Shown here: in pieces, positions 58,639-63,132 of the stretch
Layout: each line of letters starts with the position of its first letter
Numbering within the stretch: the stretch's first letter is position 1
Source: a virus
Taxonomy: Duplodnaviria; Caudoviricetes
Reading direction: 5' to 3' (one strand)
Length of the DNA stretch: 63,132 nt
IMG/VR virus record: IMGVR_UViG_3300005095_000109
Span: 1 to 63,132 of that record
Notes under the pieces: model-generated
Databases searched by the model: none
What the model saw: the letters and a program-made list of their open reading frames with translations, nothing else
What the model was told of the DNA's origin: nothing
Translations under genes and position numbers: made by a program

Positions 58639-59157
58639 ATGAGGAAGCCGAGGAACAGGCTGTTTAGGAAAAAGATGAGGGATGGTAAAAGTAATTTCAT
58701 TGAGCGTCCGTTTTTGATGCTTAGGCGTCCTCGTTACATTGATGTGTTTTTCTACATGTCTCTTGGCATTTATGCTATTAAGGCTGCCTATATGCTTGAT
58801 GTGTTGATGAGGTGTTATTTCGGCATTATTGATTGCATTAAGCATGTTTATGGCGGTGTTGTTTGGTATTTGCCTATTGAGTGTTCCTCTTATGATTTTA
58901 GCCTTTACAGCGATAGGTATGTTGAAGTGGAGACCATTGGTAAGATGGCCGAGATGAAAGGGCTTGTTTATGTTTACAAGCCAACGAGATACACTGCTTA
59001 CCTGAGACCCACTGATAAGTTTATTATGCTGTGGCATGACAGGTATAGTTATACTCTGTTTTTTGAGTTGTGTAGTAACATAGCTCATTCTGAGGATAAG
59101 ATTGTTAGGTATTGGGCTGCTCGTGATGGTGCTATTAATTCGTTTGTTGCGATGTGA
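58639..59157 (+). CDS. Hypothetical protein (172 aa)
   Basis: More protein-like than the antisense 58597..59088 ORF. Confidence 0.6.
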   Translation: MRKPRNRLFRKKMRDGKSNFIERPFLMLRRPRYIDVFFYMSLGIYAIKAAYMLDVLMRCYFGIIDCIKHVYGGVVWYLPIECSSYDFSLYSDRYVEVETIGKMAEMKGLVYVYKPTRYTAYLRPTDKFIMLWHDRYSYTLFFELCSNIAHSEDKIVRYWAARDGAINSFVAM

Positions 59158-61567
59158 TGTTAGTTATGCTTAGCAGTGTCTGTTCTATTTCGTAAGCCAT
59201 TGACTTAGTTTGTTCGTCTGTTAGCATGTCTGTTTGCGGGGCTATAGCCTGTGCTATGTTTTGTGTTTCCTGAATTAAGTGTGGGTTGTTTGCTATTAAT
59301 GAAAGGGTTTTTTCAGTTAATGGCGACAGGTCAAAGTATTTGATGTGTTGAGGGGTTAGGGCTATGACGTATGACCTTTTGTTGCCTATTCGTATTCGTG
59401 ATTTAGTTGTTTTAGTTGTGTTTTTGAAGAAGTCGTATATGTCTTTTGTTTCAATGCCTTTTATGTGTGGCATATTTGCTATGATAGAGATTAGTGCGTT
59501 TATGTTTATGTAGAAATATCCGTTTCGTGGTATTACCACTTCCGTTGGCGGTATGTTGTGTATCCATTCTGTTCCGAGCGTTAGGCAGTCCAATGCCTGC
59601 CTAATGGTCTCAAGGATTTCTATCTGTTTATTAGTTAGGCTTTCCAGTATTGCTTCTTTTGAAAGGGTCTGTTTCACTTCATCTGGTGAGAAGAAAAGCC
59701 TGCCACGTGGTGTTTCGTGTGGTATGTTGTGGAACAGCCAGTGTATGAACAGTCTTGCTTCGTCGTATAGTTTCTGTTCAAGGTATGGGTCGTTCCTGTG
59801 TGGCTTGGGAACGTTGAGCAGGATAAACCTGTCTTCCTCCTCTGCAAGGGGCAGGAAGTCTATGTTGTTTGTTGAGAGGCAGAACACTCCGTAGAAGTCC
59901 CGTGTAGTGGCTTCTGTAAACTTGCCCTCTACTGATATTGTTGTGTTAGTTATGTATGCTTTTAGGCTTTCAAGGGCTTTGCGTTTGCTAATAAGTGCTT
60001 CTTCTATTAGGCACAGGCGGGCGCTGGCAAACGAAGCGTTGAACCTGCTTTCAAGAACTGAGTTGTTTACCCATACGCCGGCACCCCCTACTATGTATGC
60101 CAGCAGGCGTTGGAACAGTGTTTTGCCTGTTGCCCTGTGTGCCGAGTGCAGGACAAGAGCAGGCAGTTTCTGCGTGGGGTTAAACAGCAGTTGCCTAATC
60201 CATTGCAGTAGCATATACAAACGTTGCTCATTATATGAAGAGATGTGTTTTAAGAACGAGATAGTTACTTCAGGGTAGTCCGTTGGCGGGTCCTTTATCT
60301 CTTCGTCAGTTAAGTATATGTTAAACCTGTGTGCTGTGTTGAGAAGGATGCCTTCTTCAGTTATTATAAAGCGTTTCCACTGTTTATGTGGCGGTGCAAA
60401 CTGCGTTGTCATAGCGACGAACTCAGGTGTGTATGGCAATATATCCTCAACTTTTAAGCCCCACTGCTTGAGGATTGGCGACACGTGAGCCTGCTCAATG
60501 CCAACTATTACCTTGTGGTTGTTGTAATAGGCAAACTGCGGTCTATACAACCTCGCATCCTTCGTCTTTCTTAAAAGGAATGGTTCGTCAGTGTCTAAGG
60601 CGAAGAAATCAACTGCTGATACAATAGCATTAGCGAATGAGTCGCCCTCGGCAGCACGCTTCCTCGCATCGCTAATATTGTCAAGCCAATACTGCTTAGG
60701 CTTGTATGTTGAGACATAAACTGGCTTTGAAACATGTGTTGGCGGCTTGTATAACTTGCCCGGCTCCTCTACAACAAGACCCTTAGCCCATAATAGCAAC
60801 GACTCAAACTTAGATGGCTCAGTAGATTGCAACGGCGGGTCGCAATAGTTCTTGTCGTAATACCTCAGCCAGTGCTCTAAGTCATCAGCATCACCAGTCC
60901 TGCTTGCTATATAGCCTGCAAGGCTCTGCAACGCACTAAACCTACTGCCTTCGCCAACCACATCGCCACGCAAAAAAGGCTCATACTGGCGAGTGGAAAT
61001 AGGCTTGCCATCACGCAAGCCAGTAAGCAACATAAACAACGCAGATAAATCATCATCACACTCAGTAGGCTCGCCAAACTGAACATAAGCATAAGTGCCC
61101 CTCTCACCAGTCCGCTTGTTCTCAATAGACGATGGCGGCAATACACACAAGCCATTAGACAGCACATCAACTCCAGGCAACACACTTATAAACCTGCCAA
61201 TCGGGAAATCATCTGGACGGTAAAAATACAAATGATAGCCACCGCCAGCAGTAGACACTACTAAATCAGACATCCGCAGTATATCATCTACATCATCTAA
61301 CTGCCAGCCCTGAGACAACATAAACTCATATAAACTACGCAAGCCATTAACACCTCCCTTGTAATCAATATCTATAACTAATAAACCACTTCTATTTAAC
61401 AATACACCAACATTGCCAGACCACTTGCCACCTAACACTAACTCGCTCTTAGGGTCATCCATATAATCCTTAAACGCTGGCGCCTTTGACCCATCACGCA
61501 ACGGAACTAACACAAACCCAAAATCCTCAGACAACTCAACTAACCGCTCGTCAACACGTGCCCCCAT
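59135..61567 (-). CDS. Bifunctional primase-polymerase fused to PriCT and SF3 helicase domains
   Basis: VIDID, TAGGGYHLYF and VLPPS (Prim-Pol); EGSR..L (PriCT); ATGKT, LIEE, STNN and DRF (SF3). Confidence 0.9.
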   Translation of the reverse strand: MGARVDERLVELSEDFGFVLVPLRDGSKAPAFKDYMDDPKSELVLGGKWSGNVGVLLNRSGLLVIDIDYKGGVNGLRSLYEFMLSQGWQLDDVDDILRMSDLVVSTAGGGYHLYFYRPDDFPIGRFISVLPGVDVLSNGLCVLPPSSIENKRTGERGTYAYVQFGEPTECDDDLSALFMLLTGLRDGKPISTRQYEPFLRGDVVGEGSRFSALQSLAGYIASRTGDADDLEHWLRYYDKNYCDPPLQSTEPSKFESLLLWAKGLVVEEPGKLYKPPTHVSKPVYVSTYKPKQYWLDNISDARKRAAEGDSFANAIVSAVDFFALDTDEPFLLRKTKDARLYRPQFAYYNNHKVIVGIEQAHVSPILKQWGLKVEDILPYTPEFVAMTTQFAPPHKQWKRFIITEEGILLNTAHRFNIYLTDEEIKDPPTDYPEVTISFLKHISSYNEQRLYMLLQWIRQLLFNPTQKLPALVLHSAHRATGKTLFQRLLAYIVGGAGVWVNNSVLESRFNASFASARLCLIEEALISKRKALESLKAYITNTTISVEGKFTEATTRDFYGVFCLSTNNIDFLPLAEEEDRFILLNVPKPHRNDPYLEQKLYDEARLFIHWLFHNIPHETPRGRLFFSPDEVKQTLSKEAILESLTNKQIEILETIRQALDCLTLGTEWIHNIPPTEVVIPRNGYFYININALISIIANMPHIKGIETKDIYDFFKNTTKTTKSRIRIGNKRSYVIALTPQHIKYFDLSPLTEKTLSLIANNPHLIQETQNIAQAIAPQTDMLTDEQTKSMAYEIEQTLLSITNITSQQTN

Positions 61568-61599
61568 AACAACTGCATTTTATTCACACACACACACCT

Positions 61600-61702
61600 A
61601 AACAAAATTAAATGCCGGACGGGGAAACAAATCAGTTAACCACCCGCCCGGCACTCAGTTGGGGGCACGCTGCATAGACTCCAAAACTACACAGCATGCC
61701 CC
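61600..61702 (-). terminator. Tandem hairpins between the HU-like and primase genes; the second is terminator-like
   Basis: Stems 61662-61702 and 61613-61653 pair with G-U only on the minus strand and are followed by TTTAATTTTGTTT. Confidence 0.6.
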
Positions 61703-61710
61703 TCATTCAA

Positions 61711-62199
61711 TTAACCCCTTCCATTCAACAAATCACGTAAACGCTTGCTCTGCTTAAAACGCATACGCCTAACCCTGCCAGTAACAACTCCTATAGGCGT
61801 ACGCCTCGGAGTTATGCTAAACTCCTTAACATCAAACCTGCCAAAACCCTTTATCGTTACTACAAAACCCTCATCAGCAGAACGCTTCAATAACTCAAAA
61901 TAATCACTAACTATATCACGCACAATAGCATACGGATAACCACTCAGCAAACTTAACAATAAACTCAAATCACCATGACTCAACCTGCCCCCAACACCCA
62001 TAGACATCAAACGCTCAGCCTCAACCCTGTCAATCCCACCCCTAAACCTAAACCTGTCCCTATACGACCTCATTAAACCCCTTAACTCACTACGACTACC
62101 CTCTCGCCATAAATCAATTAACTGTGTCCTGTCAAGACCTGAAAAATCCTTCACTACCCTGTCAACCCCAGAATGCCTCAAATAATCACTCTTAGTCAT
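61711..62199 (-). CDS. HU/IHF-family DNA-binding protein with N-terminal extension
   Basis: VTIKGFGRF..RRTP..RFKQSKRLRDLLN. Confidence 0.8.
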   Translation of the reverse strand: MTKSDYLRHSGVDRVVKDFSGLDRTQLIDLWREGSRSELRGLMRSYRDRFRFRGGIDRVEAERLMSMGVGGRLSHGDLSLLLSLLSGYPYAIVRDIVSDYFELLKRSADEGFVVTIKGFGRFDVKEFSITPRRTPIGVVTGRVRRMRFKQSKRLRDLLNGRG

Positions 62200-62210
62200 C
62201 TCTCCCTTAT

Positions 62211-62251
62211 TTTACATTTTTTGCAACGTATAATGAACACTAAAAAGTTCC
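62211..62251 (-). promoter_or_regulatory. ECF-sigma-like promoter GGAAC-N17-ACGT-N7-AATGTAAA
   Basis: Matches 8710-8749 and lies 11 nt before the HU-like ATG. Confidence 0.5.
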
Positions 62252-62289
62252 ACATTAAATAATGAACATTTTCGCCCCGTCCCTAAAGT

Positions 62290-62690
62290 GTCCCACCTGT
62301 CCCACCTAACGTCCCAAACCTTGGGACGGACCCCGCACCTGTAACTGGTTGAAAACCAGACAGTTATAAATCAAAATTTGGTCTTGTCCCATCAGAAAAA
62401 ATTATCCTGGGACGCACTTAACTGGCTGTGAGTGAGTATGTTATCACAAGTTAATGTGTGAATGTCCCAGCTGAATGCTATTTATTTATATATATATACT
62501 ACCCCCCTCTCTATTTTTTACCTTTTCACTTTTTATAAAAAAGATGGGACAGATATAGTAAAAGTATAGGAAACTCACTGAAACACACTTAGTTATAGCG
62601 TCCCACCCATACATGGGACACACAACATACACAAAAACAAAAAATAACTGAAACACACACAGTTATGCCACGTCCCATACCAAATGGGAC
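62290..62690. repeat. GTCCCA iteron-like cluster, candidate replication origin
   Basis: 7 forward and 5 reverse copies, four AACT...GTTA elements and a central AT-rich tract. Non-coding. Confidence 0.7.
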
Positions 62691-62879
62691 AAAACTCAAA
62701 ACTAAGGACACACACATAAGTTTACTTAACTCAAACACAAAATACACACACAAACCCAACTGTACAACAATATAACAACTATTTACTTGACAAAGTGTAA
62801 AAACTAAACAAAAACTCTAACACAACTAAACAAAAACACAACCAGATAAACACACATACACAACACAAATCACTCAATA

Positions 62880-63132
62880 CTACCCATACATCCCAAACAA
62901 ACCATTAAACTCACCTACATACCACTCAGGTAACCACAACAACTCACCACTATACACAACACTACCCAAATCTCTCTCCACAAAACTTACACCTATATCA
63001 ACACCATCTAAACTACCAACAACCACCAACTTAGACTTCAACGCTCCTATATAACCATCTACCCACGCAGAACAAACACTATACAACTTGGCTATCACAC
63101 CATACCACATAGCTCTCCTACAACCATCACAT
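62880..63132 (-). CDS. 3' part of the junction-spanning 240-aa protein
   Basis: In frame with 1..561 through the terminal overlap. Confidence 0.75.
   Translation of the reverse strand, partial: CDGCRRAMWYGVIAKLYSVCSAWVDGYIGALKSKLVVVGSLDGVDIGVSFVERDLGSVVYSGELLWLPEWYVGEFNGLFGMYG
63042..63132. repeat. Terminal direct repeat (copy 2)
   Basis: Identical to 1-91. Confidence 0.97.

Noticed and set aside
58597-59088. Minus-strand 163-aa ORF and other antisense shadow ORFs across the genome
   Set aside because: Their H/N/I/P- or C/S/F-rich composition is what the skewed opposite strand produces; the overlapping gene is more plausible.
57664-62700. Temperate or phage-plasmid lifestyle
   Set aside because: No integrase, repressor or ParA/ParB was recognised, and iterons alone are not sufficient evidence.
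63042-63132. 91-bp terminal repeat as a biological DTR
   Set aside because: It falls in the middle of an open reading frame, which fits an assembly overlap better than a packaged end.

Overview
The window is one apparently complete circular dsDNA phage genome of 63,041 bp. Bases 1-91 repeat 63042-63132, and a 240-aa ORF reads through the junction. The head/tail module is crAss-like (Crassvirales-type): TerL, portal, scaffold, MCP, ring proteins, muzzle and cargo proteins. It includes a 4,727-aa virion RNA polymerase with a DYDGD motif, an inserted SLOG domain and an HEFAH zincin domain. The genome is small for this group and has no recognisable DNA polymerase or integrase. Instead it encodes a Prim-Pol/SF3 helicase near a GTCCCA repeat cluster, plus YqaJ/RecT, a RuvC-like resolvase and an SF2 helicase. 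TAnnTTTG boxes 15-17 nt before start codons point to a Bacteroidota host. The most interesting part is the putative early region (about 0.65-8.4 kb, minus strand), built from cassettes that each carry a shared TTAAATGTTCTTA motif and an intrinsic terminator. These cassettes hold an unrecognised, highly structured ~350-nt RNA with a possible pseudoknot, a Csx16-like protein (candidate anti-type III CRISPR ring nuclease), a tRNA(CAT) that looks like Ile2, and a doubled amidoligase/glutamine amidotransferase module. All family calls come from reading motifs by eye; no database searches were run.
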